NCBI GenBank assembly: GCA_965198225.1
Contig: CBDAOY010000006.1
Location: 256,001 to 320,000, forward strand
Source: Terriglobia bacterium
Lineage (GTDB): Bacteria > Acidobacteriota > Terriglobia > 20CM-2-55-15
Direction: 5' to 3'
DNA: 64,000 nucleotides
Position 1 is the first letter of the stretch; each line of letters starts with the position of its first letter. Of the stretch, positions 30,980 through 41,455 are shown piece by piece. The notes under the pieces are model-generated. The model made no database searches. It saw nothing but the letters and a program-made list of their open reading frames with translations, and had not been told where the DNA came from. The position numbers were made by a program, and so were the translations under genes.

Positions 30980-33703
30980 TCATGGCACCGGCACCCGTTC
31001 CTTCAGTTCTTCGAAGAAGTTCTCGACCACGATGACCTCGGTCGCAGCCGCCTCGCCCTCGCCCTCGTAGGGGCGGACCATCAGGAACCGCTGATCATCT
31101 GACGTGATGTCGTAGAAGTTGTCGCCCGGGCTCACCTGATATCCCGCCGGTATGGTGAACAGCGTCTCCTGCGCCAGCACCTGCCCCGAGCCTGGATCGA
31201 ACTGGGCAGCCACCAGCCCACGGTCCTCATCCACGAAGAACAGCTCACGCCCGCTGTGCGCCCAGAGCGGCCCGAGCCCCCCGTCCCTCGAGACCCGCAC
31301 CCTGGCCGAGTTCACATCGGGGAGCGGACGCACGAACACCTCGTAGCTGCCTGTTTCGTTCGAACTGTACGCCAGCCATCTGCCGTCCGGCGACAATGCC
31401 GGCGCTCCCTCGGCAAACTCGGGTGTCGCCACCAGCGGTATGGCCGCGCTGTCCTCGCCCGGACGGAAAGCCAGGATGTCGCGCAGGCCAAGACCCACTG
31501 CCACGGTTGCCGCGGCGCGGAGCACGAGCCACTCCCCATCGGGACTCCACGACCCTTGGGCGAAGCCGCGCTCTTCGTCGAGCACCAGCACCGCTTCTCC
31601 CGTTCCGTCCGCACGCTTAGACCATACGGTCCCTTCGTTCAGGGGACCCGAAAAGTACGTCACGGTCTGACCATCGGGCGTCCAGAATGGCCTGATGTCA
31701 TCATCCTCGGAGAACGTGAGACGCTCCCGCGGTCCGTCGGGCAGGTGCTTGATCCAGATGTCCCGGTTGCCCTCAACCTCGGCGTTGAACGCCATCCGCG
31801 TCCCGTCCGGTGATAGCCTCGACCCGAAGTTGGTAGGGCTAACGAATGTCCATCCACGATCGACGGACGTCGCCTGGCCCGAGCGCGTTACCCAGACGAA
31901 CTCGGACTGGAGGGCCCCGCCTCCGGCCTGATACACGAGCGTGCCGTCGTCCGACAGCGCGAGGTGGACCGAACCGAGGGAGCGCACACCTACACCCTCG
32001 GTCAGCGCCACTGGGTCTCCCGCCAACTGCAGCCCGTCGTGGTCGAACGGAGCGGCCAGGAGCGTCCCGTCCGCCGTCACGTAGACCAGATGCCCCGACG
32101 CCGCGTAGCGGGCGAACACGCCGCGCACGAGGATCTCGTGCTCCCCGGTCTCCATGTCCGCTACCGCAATGTCGTGCTGGCTGACGTCGCCACTGGGCTC
32201 GTGGGCCACCGTGAGCAGCACGCCGCGACCGTTGGGGAGCGCCTGCGGCCAGATGTGACCCGTCTCGCTCTGTGCCGGGTCGAGCACGGTGAACGGCTCC
32301 ACCTCGCCGCTCGTCTCCGGCACGCGGACAAGAGCACTACTCCCTTGAGCCCGGAAGTAGATGTAGCCATCGGGACCCCAGGCGAGCCCCCCAACTCCAA
32401 CGCCACTCTCCACGATCGCCAACGGTGGCCCACCGCTCAGTGAGACCACGCGGACCCCGCCACCTTCGTGGAAGGCCACCCTCTGGCCGTCGGGAGACAA
32501 TACGGGGTTCTCCGCTCCCTCGGTGCCCGCGATGGGCGTCGCCTGAAGTTGATCACGTCGGCGTAGCCAGAGCTGTATGCCGCTCTGTTCCCCCGGACCC
32601 ACATAGACCATCTGAGTCCCGTCCGGTGAGACCGCGACGCTCGAGCCTCTGCCGTTGGCCCGCTGAGTGACAGGTAACTCGATGCTGTAGCGGCTGACGG
32701 GCCTCGCTTCCGGGGCCGAGGGACGGAGGAGCGACCAGGCGAGGGTCCCCGTCAGGACGGCGGCGACTGCAGCGAACGCAACCGCCAGCCGTTTCCACCG
32801 ACCGACGCCCGCAGGGACTCCAGTCCCATCGGCGGTCCCATGTCTGAACCCCGGATCAGCCATTACTTTCTGAATATCCACCCGAGCATCGGAAATGTCA
32901 CCGTATCGGTCTCTCGACTCCTTCTCCAAGCAACGATCCAGGAGCAGCCGAATGCGTGGATGCACGTTCGGCGGCAGGCTCTTCCAATCCGGTTCTCTCG
33001 CAAGCACTCCGGCAAGAACGTCGGACGCGGTGGGGCCTTCATAGACTTGCCGCCCGGTTACCATCTCGAACAAGACGCAGCCGAACGCCCAGATGTCGGC
33101 ACGCTTGTCCACTTCCTGCCCTCTCGCTTGCTCCGGAGACATGTACGCGGCCGTCCCGAGGATCACTCCCTTCTGCGTCGCCGCCATGCTCAGGGTCGGG
33201 GAGTTCGACAGGCTGGCATCGGCACCGTCGCCTATGAAGGCCTTCGCCAAACCAAAGTCCAGCACCTTGACCTTACCGTCGGGCGTCACCTTTATGTTGC
33301 CGGGTTTCAGATCCCGGTGAATCACACCCTTTTCATGCGCTGCTTCTAACGCCTCGGCAATCTGCAGGGCGAGTCTGAGGGATTCTTCGACCGGGATGGC
33401 CCCGCGCTTCAGCCGGTCCGCCAGCGTGTCGCCTTCGACCAATTCGAGGACAAGGAACCGGGTACCGTCGTGTTCTTCGAGGCCGTGGATCGTGGCGATA
33501 TTCGGGTGGTTCAACGAAGCAAGCAGTTTCGCTTCGCGTTCAAACCGGGCAAGGCGCTCTTCGTCCTTGGCGAACTCCTCGGGAAGCGTCTTGATAGCCA
33601 CCTGCCGGCCCAACTTCACATCCTGCGCCAGCCACACGGACCCCATGCCGCCCTGCCCGAGCTTGTCGGTGATCTCGTAGTGGCCGAGCGTCTTGCCGAT
33701 CAT
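30980..33703 (-). CDS. K4: Ser/Thr kinase - TM - beta-propeller receptor (recent paralog of K2)
   Basis: 907 aa intact ORF; all kinase motifs; ends ENFFEELKERVPVP. Confidence 0.93.
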   Translation of the reverse strand: MIGKTLGHYEITDKLGQGGMGSVWLAQDVKLGRQVAIKTLPEEFAKDEERLARFEREAKLLASLNHPNIATIHGLEEHDGTRFLVLELVEGDTLADRLKRGAIPVEESLRLALQIAEALEAAHEKGVIHRDLKPGNIKVTPDGKVKVLDFGLAKAFIGDGADASLSNSPTLSMAATQKGVILGTAAYMSPEQARGQEVDKRADIWAFGCVLFEMVTGRQVYEGPTASDVLAGVLAREPDWKSLPPNVHPRIRLLLDRCLEKESRDRYGDISDARVDIQKVMADPGFRHGTADGTGVPAGVGRWKRLAVAFAAVAAVLTGTLAWSLLRPSAPEARPVSRYSIELPVTQRANGRGSSVAVSPDGTQMVYVGPGEQSGIQLWLRRRDQLQATPIAGTEGAENPVLSPDGQRVAFHEGGGVRVVSLSGGPPLAIVESGVGVGGLAWGPDGYIYFRAQGSSALVRVPETSGEVEPFTVLDPAQSETGHIWPQALPNGRGVLLTVAHEPSGDVSQHDIAVADMETGEHEILVRGVFARYAASGHLVYVTADGTLLAAPFDHDGLQLAGDPVALTEGVGVRSLGSVHLALSDDGTLVYQAGGGALQSEFVWVTRSGQATSVDRGWTFVSPTNFGSRLSPDGTRMAFNAEVEGNRDIWIKHLPDGPRERLTFSEDDDIRPFWTPDGQTVTYFSGPLNEGTVWSKRADGTGEAVLVLDEERGFAQGSWSPDGEWLVLRAAATVAVGLGLRDILAFRPGEDSAAIPLVATPEFAEGAPALSPDGRWLAYSSNETGSYEVFVRPLPDVNSARVRVSRDGGLGPLWAHSGRELFFVDEDRGLVAAQFDPGSGQVLAQETLFTIPAGYQVSPGDNFYDITSDDQRFLMVRPYEGEGEAAATEVIVVENFFEELKERVPVP

Positions 33704-36330
33704 GGCACCGGCACCCGTTCCTTCAGTTCTTCGAACCAGTTGAGGACGATGTTGATAGGATTTGGTGAACCAGCTTCGATCAGCTGGCGGAAAAGGAAAC
33801 GATTGCCGTCCGGATGAACTGAGGGATAAGGAGAGGGCGGCATATCGAGCACCTCAGACGCGGAACCCAGCCGGCCATCTGCTCCGACGGGCACTGACAT
33901 CAGGGCTAGCTGAAGCTGGTCACTGTAGTACAAGGAATCGCCATCTGGTGACCAGGCTGGATTAGAGCCGCGTCCTCCAACCTGCAACGGACGACTTCGT
34001 CTGGGAAATTCGGAGAGAAAAATGGTCGCGCCAGTTTCGAGCCCAGCGCGATATGCGATCCGGTTTCCATCTGGCGAAAACTGCGCTTGGTACTCAGGAA
34101 ACGGCTGATCGGCAAACGCGGTGACCTGCCCCGTCTCGCGATCCAGAATCCAGAGATCACGCGATCCCGGATCACTCACCGTGTATGCGAGGTAACGGCC
34201 GCTGGGCGACCAGGACTCGGGTATAGGCGAGTTGGCGTTTTCGGGGAGCAGTTTCTCAGGAGGGACCAGGCTTTCAATGGACTGAGAATAGAGGCTATCG
34301 CCGTCCGTGATGGTAATCCGTTGTCCACCTGGCTCCCAGATTGGTCTCAAGGCAAATCCTGTTCGGAGGCCGGGTATTCGCAGCTGACTCTGAATACCCC
34401 TTTCCAGATCCATGAGATAGACCCCGTCTTGATTGGCGAGCTCGTAGAGTAGGGAATCCCCATTCGGAGAGAGCCGCGGTCTTGCCGCCGGAACCTCCAG
34501 CACGGCCGCAGACGTGACTCCGCTTTGGTCTGTCCAGACAAATCTCGGCTCGCCCCCAGAACCTGGAGTTCGCGCGTAGGCCAGGACACCGTCACGCGAT
34601 ACCGAAAAAGCCGCTCGACCGTTCGCGGCGAGAACGACATCGCCTGCCACCGCGATCGCATCTCCAGCCAACAGTTCTCCCCGCGTCGCGTCGAAAGCTT
34701 GCGCCAACAGGAACGAGTCTCGGACAAACAGCAGATGCCCTGGCTCGGAATATTGAGCCATCGACGCGGACGGCATAATGGCCCGCGGCGGCTGATCATC
34801 CAAGCTTCCGACGTAGAGGGTCCAGTCTGTGAGACCGTCAGTTCTCGACAGGTAGACGAATCGCCGACCGTCGGGAAGAAAGGAGGGCCATGTCTGAAGT
34901 ATTTCGCCCGGCGTCTCACCAAGATTCGTAACCGGCGTCGGCGCGCCGCCTGAAGCGGGAACACGCATGATCGGACCGCTCGGGTTCCGACCCCCGAAGA
35001 TGATCGTGCCTTGGTTATTCCACGAACCGCCCTGATCGCCCCTTGGTGCCTCGCTTATCGTGAACGCCGGGCCGCCTTCAAGATCCACCCTGCGAAGCTC
35101 CCCATCTGCAAAGAAACCCACCTGTTGGCTGTCGGGTGACCAGAAGGGCATGGTGGCGTTCTCCGTGCCCGGTATCGGAGCGGATTCGAGCGAATCCATC
35201 CGCCGCACCCACAGTTGGATGATGCCATCGGTCGTACCTTGGTAAACCAGGCGAGAGCCATCCGGCGATATGGCCATTCGGGGAGCGCCACCCCGACCGG
35301 CAAGGACTGTCTCGTCCGGCGGAAAGACCGAGAACTTCACTACGTTGTGCGCCGCTTCGGACTGATTGAGATAGAAATAGACGAGTCCAACCGCAAGGAC
35401 CACAGACAGGGTGGCAAAGGCCAGAGTAGCGGCGAACAACGGTCGCTCCCTGCCGGGGGTAGCGACTGAAACTTGTACTCCGCTTTCAATGTGGGACAGT
35501 TCGATCCTCAGGTCTCCCACATCGCGCCACCGATCACGCGGATCCTTTTCCAAGCACCGCAGAATCAGCTCCCGAACTCGAGGGTGCAGTTGGCTATGAA
35601 GTGTTGAGTAGTCCGGTTCCCGAGCCAAGACCGAGGCCATCACGTCCGACATCAACTCGCCCCGGAACGCCTGACGGCCTGTCAGCATCTCGTACAGCAC
35701 ACATCCGAATGCCCACACGTCAGCCCGCTTGTCGACTTCCTGTCCACGCGCTTGCTCCGGTGACATGTAAGCGGCAGTGCCAAGAATCACACCCTGCTGG
35801 GTTGCCGCCAGACTCAAGGTCGGTGACTGCGACAGGTTCGCGTCCGACCCGTCCCCCAAGAAAGCCTTCGCCAGCCCGAAGTCCAGCACCTTCACCTTCC
35901 CGTCGGGTGTGACCTTGATGTTCCCTGGTTTCAGATCACGGTGAATCACACCCTTCTCATGTGCTGCTTCGAGAGCTTCGGCGATCTGGAGGGCAAGTTT
36001 GAGGGATTCCTCGACGGGGATGACACCGTGTTTCAGCCGATCCGCGAGCGTGTCGCCCTCGACGAGTTCAAGGACGAGGAACCGAATGCCGTTGTCTTCT
36101 TCCAGACCGTGGATGGTGGCGATGTTCGGGTGGTTCAGGGAGGCGAGAAGTTTGGCTTCACGCTCAAACCGGGCCAGACGTTCTTCGTTCTGCGCGAACT
36201 CTTCAGGAAGTGTCTTGATGGCGACTTCCCGTCCGAGTTTGGAATCCCGCGCACGCCACACCTCGCCCATGCCTCCCTTTCCGAGCGGGGAGAGAACTTC
36301 GTAGCTGCCGAGTTGGGTGCCGGGGGTCAT
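33700..36330 (-). CDS. K5: Ser/Thr kinase - TM - beta-propeller receptor
   Basis: 876 aa intact; starts MTPGTQLGSYE, ends LNWFEELKERVPVP. Confidence 0.93.
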   Translation of the reverse strand: MTPGTQLGSYEVLSPLGKGGMGEVWRARDSKLGREVAIKTLPEEFAQNEERLARFEREAKLLASLNHPNIATIHGLEEDNGIRFLVLELVEGDTLADRLKHGVIPVEESLKLALQIAEALEAAHEKGVIHRDLKPGNIKVTPDGKVKVLDFGLAKAFLGDGSDANLSQSPTLSLAATQQGVILGTAAYMSPEQARGQEVDKRADVWAFGCVLYEMLTGRQAFRGELMSDVMASVLAREPDYSTLHSQLHPRVRELILRCLEKDPRDRWRDVGDLRIELSHIESGVQVSVATPGRERPLFAATLAFATLSVVLAVGLVYFYLNQSEAAHNVVKFSVFPPDETVLAGRGGAPRMAISPDGSRLVYQGTTDGIIQLWVRRMDSLESAPIPGTENATMPFWSPDSQQVGFFADGELRRVDLEGGPAFTISEAPRGDQGGSWNNQGTIIFGGRNPSGPIMRVPASGGAPTPVTNLGETPGEILQTWPSFLPDGRRFVYLSRTDGLTDWTLYVGSLDDQPPRAIMPSASMAQYSEPGHLLFVRDSFLLAQAFDATRGELLAGDAIAVAGDVVLAANGRAAFSVSRDGVLAYARTPGSGGEPRFVWTDQSGVTSAAVLEVPAARPRLSPNGDSLLYELANQDGVYLMDLERGIQSQLRIPGLRTGFALRPIWEPGGQRITITDGDSLYSQSIESLVPPEKLLPENANSPIPESWSPSGRYLAYTVSDPGSRDLWILDRETGQVTAFADQPFPEYQAQFSPDGNRIAYRAGLETGATIFLSEFPRRSRPLQVGGRGSNPAWSPDGDSLYYSDQLQLALMSVPVGADGRLGSASEVLDMPPSPYPSVHPDGNRFLFRQLIEAGSPNPINIVLNWFEELKERVPVP

Positions 36331-38965
36331 TGGTTAGCGAGTTCAGCGGTCCAGTTGACGATGATCGTGACCGGTGGTGGGTCCAGGCTCGGGCGGCGCA
36401 GCAGGAAACTGGCCCCGTCGCCGGTCACGGCATAGTGATGCCGACTGTCTATCAGCCCTGACGCCGCCGGATTAAAAACCGGTGCCACTGTGCCAAACTC
36501 CAGACCCGAGGAACCAGCATCCATACGGACCGCCATGAGGTTTGCGTCCCCACTGCCGCCCTTGTAGAACAGCTCCCTGCTGTCGTCCCTCCACCTGGGA
36601 TGGCTGCCTGGACCGTCGGAGACGCGTTGGCGGTCGGTCACGTCCGGGAACCGCGCCACGTAGATGCTATCCTCGCCGGATTCTCTCGAAGAGTAGGCGA
36701 CCCACTCCTCGTTCGGCGAAAAGTGAGCGGCACGCTCGGTATAATTCGGATCGTTGAAAAGCGGCCAGGGTTCGTCCCCGGAAACGGGCAACACCCAAAC
36801 GTCGCCGCTTTGATTGAACAGAATGAACTGTCCGTCCTGCGACCAGTCCGTGGGAAGCAGTGATCCGGTCCCCTCGGCAGCTTCCCAGAGAGGCTCGTCC
36901 TGGTCCGTACGGATGTTCTTCTTCCAGATACCCCACTTCCCGTTCCGGTAGGACTGATAGGCGATTTCCTGGCTGTTGGGTGACCAGACCGGGTCGGCAT
37001 CGAACGAAGGCGTTGACGCGAACCGCGAGGGAACACCCGTTCCCACATCGATCAACCAGATATCGACATTCCCGGTCGCTGGATCCTTGCGGTTCACCCC
37101 GATTTGTTGCCCGTCCGGTGACAGGGACGGGTTCAGATATTCGCCCGTCTGTGGCTGCTGAACCCGTCGGGTTTCGTTTCCGTCACGATCGAACCACACG
37201 AGTTGTCCGTCCACACGGTTCCCGGACCGAAACGCGAGAATACCGTTATTCGAAACCGAAAGCGGCATGTCATCCCCGGCATTGATCCCAGGAGTAGACA
37301 CCTGGGGACCGATTCGGCGGGCTTCTCCGTTGAGCTCCAGGCGATCGACGTCAAACGGCTGCGCCATCAAGACGCCCCCGCTCACGAACAGGATATGAGC
37401 GCTACCGAACACGGCCTTGGTGTTGCGGTCGGCGTTCAACAGAAGACGCGTTTCTGGGGATTCCAGAGACGCCAGGTAAATCGAAGACGGCTGAAGGCGA
37501 CCCCCGCCCCTCGAATAGAGGAAATGAATTCCGTCGGGAAGGAAGTGCGGGCGCCCGCCCTGCACTTCCAGCGTCAGCGGGACGGGTTGGCCGCCCGTCG
37601 CCGATACGCGGTGCAGGATCCCACTGCCACGGAAAACAATTTCCCCATCGGCGTTCCATGTACCGCCTCCAGCCGTGACCACAGGACAGACAATCCGGGG
37701 AGCCGCGCCGGAGAGATCCGCAACCCGGAGGTCTGTCGACGTGAAGAATCCTATGGACTGCCCATTCGGCTCCCAGAACAAAGATCTGACGGCACCCTCC
37801 GTACCCGCCAGCATCCGCATTTCACCCGACCCGCGTTCGCGGACCCAGACCGCCGGCCGACCGGTGGGTTCTGGCGCGAGGAATGCAATTCGTTCGCCGT
37901 CGGGTGAAATGGCCAGCACTTGTGCACGGGCCTCGAAGGGTTGGGGGAAGGAAAATCGGAAAGCCGTCTGCTCCGGGGGTGCGACGGAAAAATAAGCCAC
38001 GGCCAGGATCAGCGTTGCAATCAGAAGGACTCCAATTGCGGACCACAAGACAAGTTCACGGCCTTTTGATCGGGTTTCAACGGGGGCTGTTCCAACTTGT
38101 GCACTGCCATCTGTGATCCACTGCAACTCGCGCATCAGGTCGGCGGCGTTTTGACACCGATCTTCGGGATTCTTGGCGAGGCATGCCTTGATGACGTGAT
38201 TGAGCATGGGCGGCGAGACCGGCTGAACCTCAGTGACCGGCGCGGGCTGGTGGTTCATGATCGCCCCGACCAGACTTGCCTGACTCGCACCCTCAAACGC
38301 CTTCTTCCCGGTCACCATTTCGTACACGACCGCCCCGAACGCGAAGATGTCTGTCCGGGCGTCGGCTTCCTTGCCCTCCAACTGTTCGGGTGCCATGTAC
38401 TGGAGCGTGCCGATGATCGTTCCTTCGGCTGTGAGGGGTGCGGACGGATCTTGCGTGGGCATCTGCGAGAGTGGTGAGACCTCACCCGCTTCGCCCTTGA
38501 GCTTCGCCAGCCCGAAGTCGAGCAGCTTCACACCCGCCGACTTCGTCAGCATGATGTTGCCGGGTTTGAGGTCCCGATGCACGACGCCCTGCCGGTGCGC
38601 CTTGTCCAGCGCGTCGGCGATCTGGATGGCGTATTCGAGGGCCTGGTCGAGCGGGAGGCGTCCCTTCTCCAACCGCTGCTGCAGCGTGTCGCCCTCCACC
38701 AGTTCCATGACGAGGTAGTGAACGCCGTCCTGTTCCCCCACGTCGTGCAGATGTGCGGGTGGTTCAGACTGCTGACGGCCTTGGCTTCGCGCTCGAAGCG
38801 TTCCCGGCGTTGCGGGTCGGAGGCGAGGTGTTCGGGCAGGACTTTGATGGCGACCGTGCGCTCCAGGCGGGTGTCGGTAGCGCGATACACCTCTCCCATA
38901 CCGCCGGCACCGAGTTGGTCGGCGATTTCGTATGGACCCAGACGTGTGCCTGCTGCGAGCGACAC
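36327..38965 (-). pseudogene. K6: kinase-propeller receptor with a frameshift at HPHICT
   Basis: True start [14 protein letters not shown] (GTG 38965); frame changes at ~38745 where paralog K8 reads CTLHDIG; ends VNWTAELANQ. Confidence 0.87.
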
Positions 38966-39046
38966 GGGTTGCCTCCAAGTAAAGGCCGGCGGTCATAGAC
39001 CGCCGCTACAGAGCATCACTTCGCCAATTTGCTGAAACTTGCGTAA

Positions 39047-39075
39047 ATACTACGGCAGGAAGGGGTTGGTAGCAA
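39047..39075 (-). promoter_or_regulatory. Putative sigma-70 promoter for the K6-K1 sub-operon
   Basis: TTGCTA-N17-TAGTAT on the minus strand inside a ~50-bp block repeated at 50514-50563. Confidence 0.65.
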
Positions 39076-39393
39076 TCAAACAGCCGCATGGATGGATCAC
39101 CGCCTGGTCGGAAGAGTGGAAAAACCGAGGTAAGACGGGGCTTTTCGACGAGATCCACATGGAAGTATCGACGATAGGGAATGTGGTTCGCCCTTCGCCT
39201 TCAGGCCGGGCCGATTTGATGGACATAGGTGGTCGGATCGGTCAGCATAGCGCTCAGACTGACTCGTTCATGAAAACACCACTTTCTATTGGACCATCCT
39301 CAAACTGCGAGGGCGTTATACGGAAACAGGCGATCGAGCCGCTTGCTGAACGACACTTCTGAATGTATTATTAACAGTACGTTTGGAGGTGAT

Positions 39394-39669
39394 ATGCGGA
39401 AAATCCCGAGGATTGTACCTGTGACCGATCTCCGCCAGGATGCGGCATCGGTACTGGAGGAACTTCAGAAGGCTGACGAGCCCTGGATCATTACCCAAAG
39501 GGGGAGGGCCACGGCCGTCCTGCTCAACGTCGAGGCCTACGAGCGCTCGCAACAGGAAAACGAACTGCTTCGGCTCCTGGCGGTCGGTGAGAAGGAGATC
39601 GCCCAGGGGAAAGGGCACTCTCTTGATAGCGTGATGAAAGATGCAGACCGGCTGCTTCGGACAGACTGA
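39394..39669 (+). CDS. Phd/YefM-family antitoxin
   Basis: IVPVTDLRQDAASVL, IITQRGRATAVLLNVEAYE; GGAGGT RBS before ATG 39394. Confidence 0.9.
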   Translation: MRKIPRIVPVTDLRQDAASVLEELQKADEPWIITQRGRATAVLLNVEAYERSQQENELLRLLAVGEKEIAQGKGHSLDSVMKDADRLLRTD

Positions 39670-39672
39670 TCC

Positions 39673-39969
39673 GTGAGGGTTCGCTTCACCCCGTCAGCGC
39701 GGGAGCAATTCCTCGAAGGCCTAGAATACATCAGGAGGGACAATCCAGCAGCGGCCAGAAGATTTCGCGATCATGCCGAACGGATCCTCAAACGGCTGCG
39801 GGACTATCCAGAGTCGGGTCGTACGATTCCAGAGTTTCCGGAGCTACCACATCGGGAGCTCATTGTCCGGCCCTATCGCTTCTTCTATCGCGTAGAGAAA
39901 AAAACGGTTTGGATCGTTGCCGTCTGGCACGGCGCACAAGAAGTTGATCAACCCGAAAGTACCGTATAA
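39673..39969 (+). CDS. RelE/ParE-family toxin
   Basis: VRFTPSAREQ, YIRRDNPAAA, YPESGR, YRFFYRV, IVAVWHG. Confidence 0.9.
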   Translation: MRVRFTPSAREQFLEGLEYIRRDNPAAARRFRDHAERILKRLRDYPESGRTIPEFPELPHRELIVRPYRFFYRVEKKTVWIVAVWHGAQEVDQPESTV

Positions 39970-40062
39970 CAAGGCAATGAAGCTGCCAGTCCCGCGGTTT
40001 CACGGTCCGTGCGTGCGCACGTCTCACGCCACCTCGGCCTGCAGCTTATTGCCGATCCGTTA
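39964..40062 (+). other. attC site 1 (R' core split by the intron)
   Basis: R'' GTATAAC; L'' ggcaatgaagctgc pairs with L' gcagcttattgcc with one extrahelical base; R' GTTA|GAT restored when 40063-40868 is removed. Confidence 0.85.
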
Positions 40063-40868
40063 GTGCGCCAAGCGAAGCTTGGCGCTTCTTGCAGGGTGCG
40101 AGTCCCTGCGGAGAAAGGGTTAACCACCCACTCCTACCGAGTGTTGCAACTGCGACTGCGGAGGTGAAAGCCGAACAAGTCAGTTGAAGCGTACACAGGG
40201 AAGCATGCAGGCCGCAGGAGGGACCGCGACCTCCAAGGCTTGATACAGCCCCGTCATGGCGTTTGATGCAGACGGCGACGGTGTTAACGGTACCGGAAGC
40301 CAACACAGACGAACCGTTGTGGTGAGGTTCGCGAGGGTCTGCCGGGGTCCACCTTAGAGCGTGGCATGTATGCAGAGAAGCGTCAGGAACTTGGGAGACC
40401 CTGCGGGTTCCCGAGCTGAGACGCGATCGGAAACGACAGATCGCAGGGCATACGGCTAGTGAGCCCACACACGGGGAAACCCAGACCCAGGTAGGCCGGA
40501 GCCTAAACGAACTGGACGCCTGATCGACGACGGCCACGGGTAGACAGGCTCGACCAAAAGAAGAGCCATCGATGATTCGCAGGGAGTCAGATCCGCTCAT
40601 ACTACTCGGAGACGGTAGCGCCGATCACATGGGGAAGGGGCGGACAGAAGTACGTAGCTGGTACAGGAAACATTGTCCGGCGATGAAGGGCCGGAACAAA
40701 ACAATGCCAACCTCACTGCTGGCGATAGCAAAGAAGGCTGAGGAAAGGAAACATCCCTTTCTTGATGCTGGACGCGGAAGCGAGTACTTCTGAGGAGCCC
40801 GGTGCTGGAAAACGGCACGCCGGGATCTGTGCGGGGGCGGTTCGGGAAACTGGCCGTTCTACCGCGAT
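40063..40868 (+). ncRNA. Group II intron with internally deleted RT ORF
   Basis: 5' GTGCG; domain V gagcccggtgctggaaaacggcacgccgggatc (~40795-40827); domain VI ending ctaccgcgAT; only a stub MPTSLLAIAKKA of the intron-encoded protein remains. Confidence 0.88.
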
Positions 40869-40923
40869 GATTGCAGTCGCATTATCGTAAGAAGCAGGTT
40901 TGCCGTCTGTTAGACTTGGCGCA

Positions 40924-41152
40924 ATGACATCCGACGTCAAGAAACTCCTGGACGAAGCATTAAGGCTTCCAACGAGATGAAGCCCGGGCAGCACTGGCTG
41001 GGTCACTCATCGAAAGCTTGGATGAAGTCGTTGACGACGATGCCGAGTCGGCCTGGGCAGAAGAGATCCAGCGTCGAATTAGGGAGATCGAGTCGGGACA
41101 AGTCAAGACCGTGCCCTGGTCTGAAGCTCGCCGAATGATCATCGGGCAGTGA
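40924..41152 (+). pseudogene. Addiction-module antitoxin (TIGR02574-like), frameshifted
   Basis: MTSDVKKLLDEALRLP then, in another frame, EARAALAGSLIESLD...AWAEEIQRRIREIESGQVKTVPWSEA. Confidence 0.8.
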
Positions 41153-41448
41153 TGCCTGCTCAGCTCCGCCTTCATCCAGAGGCCGTCATCGAAGCACGGG
41201 CGGCCAGAGAATGGTACGAACATCGCAACCCGATTGCTGCCGAGTCCTTCATGCAGGAACTGGACCACGCTGTTGAGCAAGTCGGCCAATCTCCGAATCG
41301 TTGGCCGCGCCACCTGTACGGAACCAGGCGTTACCTACTGCATCGGTTTCCATTCTCAGTTGTTTACCGGAAGTCTGATGGCGTCATCGAAGTGCTAGCC
41401 GTGGCGCACGGACACCGACGCCCCGGATATTGGAAAGCTCGAACCTAA
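41152..41448 (+). CDS. RelE/ParE-family toxin
   Basis: LHPEAVIEARAAREWY, RRYLLHRFPFSVVY, VLAVAHGHRRPGYW. Confidence 0.88.
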   Translation: MPAQLRLHPEAVIEARAAREWYEHRNPIAAESFMQELDHAVEQVGQSPNRWPRHLYGTRRYLLHRFPFSVVYRKSDGVIEVLAVAHGHRRPGYWKART

Positions 41449-41455
41449 AGAAGCA

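Larger units (their letters stand above)
27460..30983 (-). pseudogene. K3: kinase-propeller receptor interrupted by IS5 and frameshifted near 29315
   Basis: N-terminus 30722-30983, kinase continues 29223-29903, sensor ORF 27460-29211; removing the IS restores LELVEG. Confidence 0.88.
39316..40059 (+). mobile_element. Integron-type gene cassette 1 (Phd/YefM-RelE/ParE TA pair)
   Basis: Begins at core G|TTATAC (39315-39321), the exact complement of its own attC R'' GTATAAC (39964-39970). Confidence 0.8.

Noticed and set aside
38746-38996. Novel N-terminus of the 889-aa ORF
   Set aside because: Out-of-frame reading of the kinase 5' region caused by the frameshift
39085-39314. intI or attI upstream of the first cassette
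   Set aside because: No tyrosine-recombinase-like translation and no convincing attI beyond the GTTATAC core
24742-40868. Diversity-generating retroelement driving K2/K4 variation
   Set aside because: No intact reverse transcriptase (the intron ORF is deleted), no short template/variable repeat pair, and the differences are not restricted to adenines
40978-40980. Selenocysteine read-through of the antitoxin TGA, given selA nearby
   Set aside because: The continuation is in a different frame, so read-through cannot restore it
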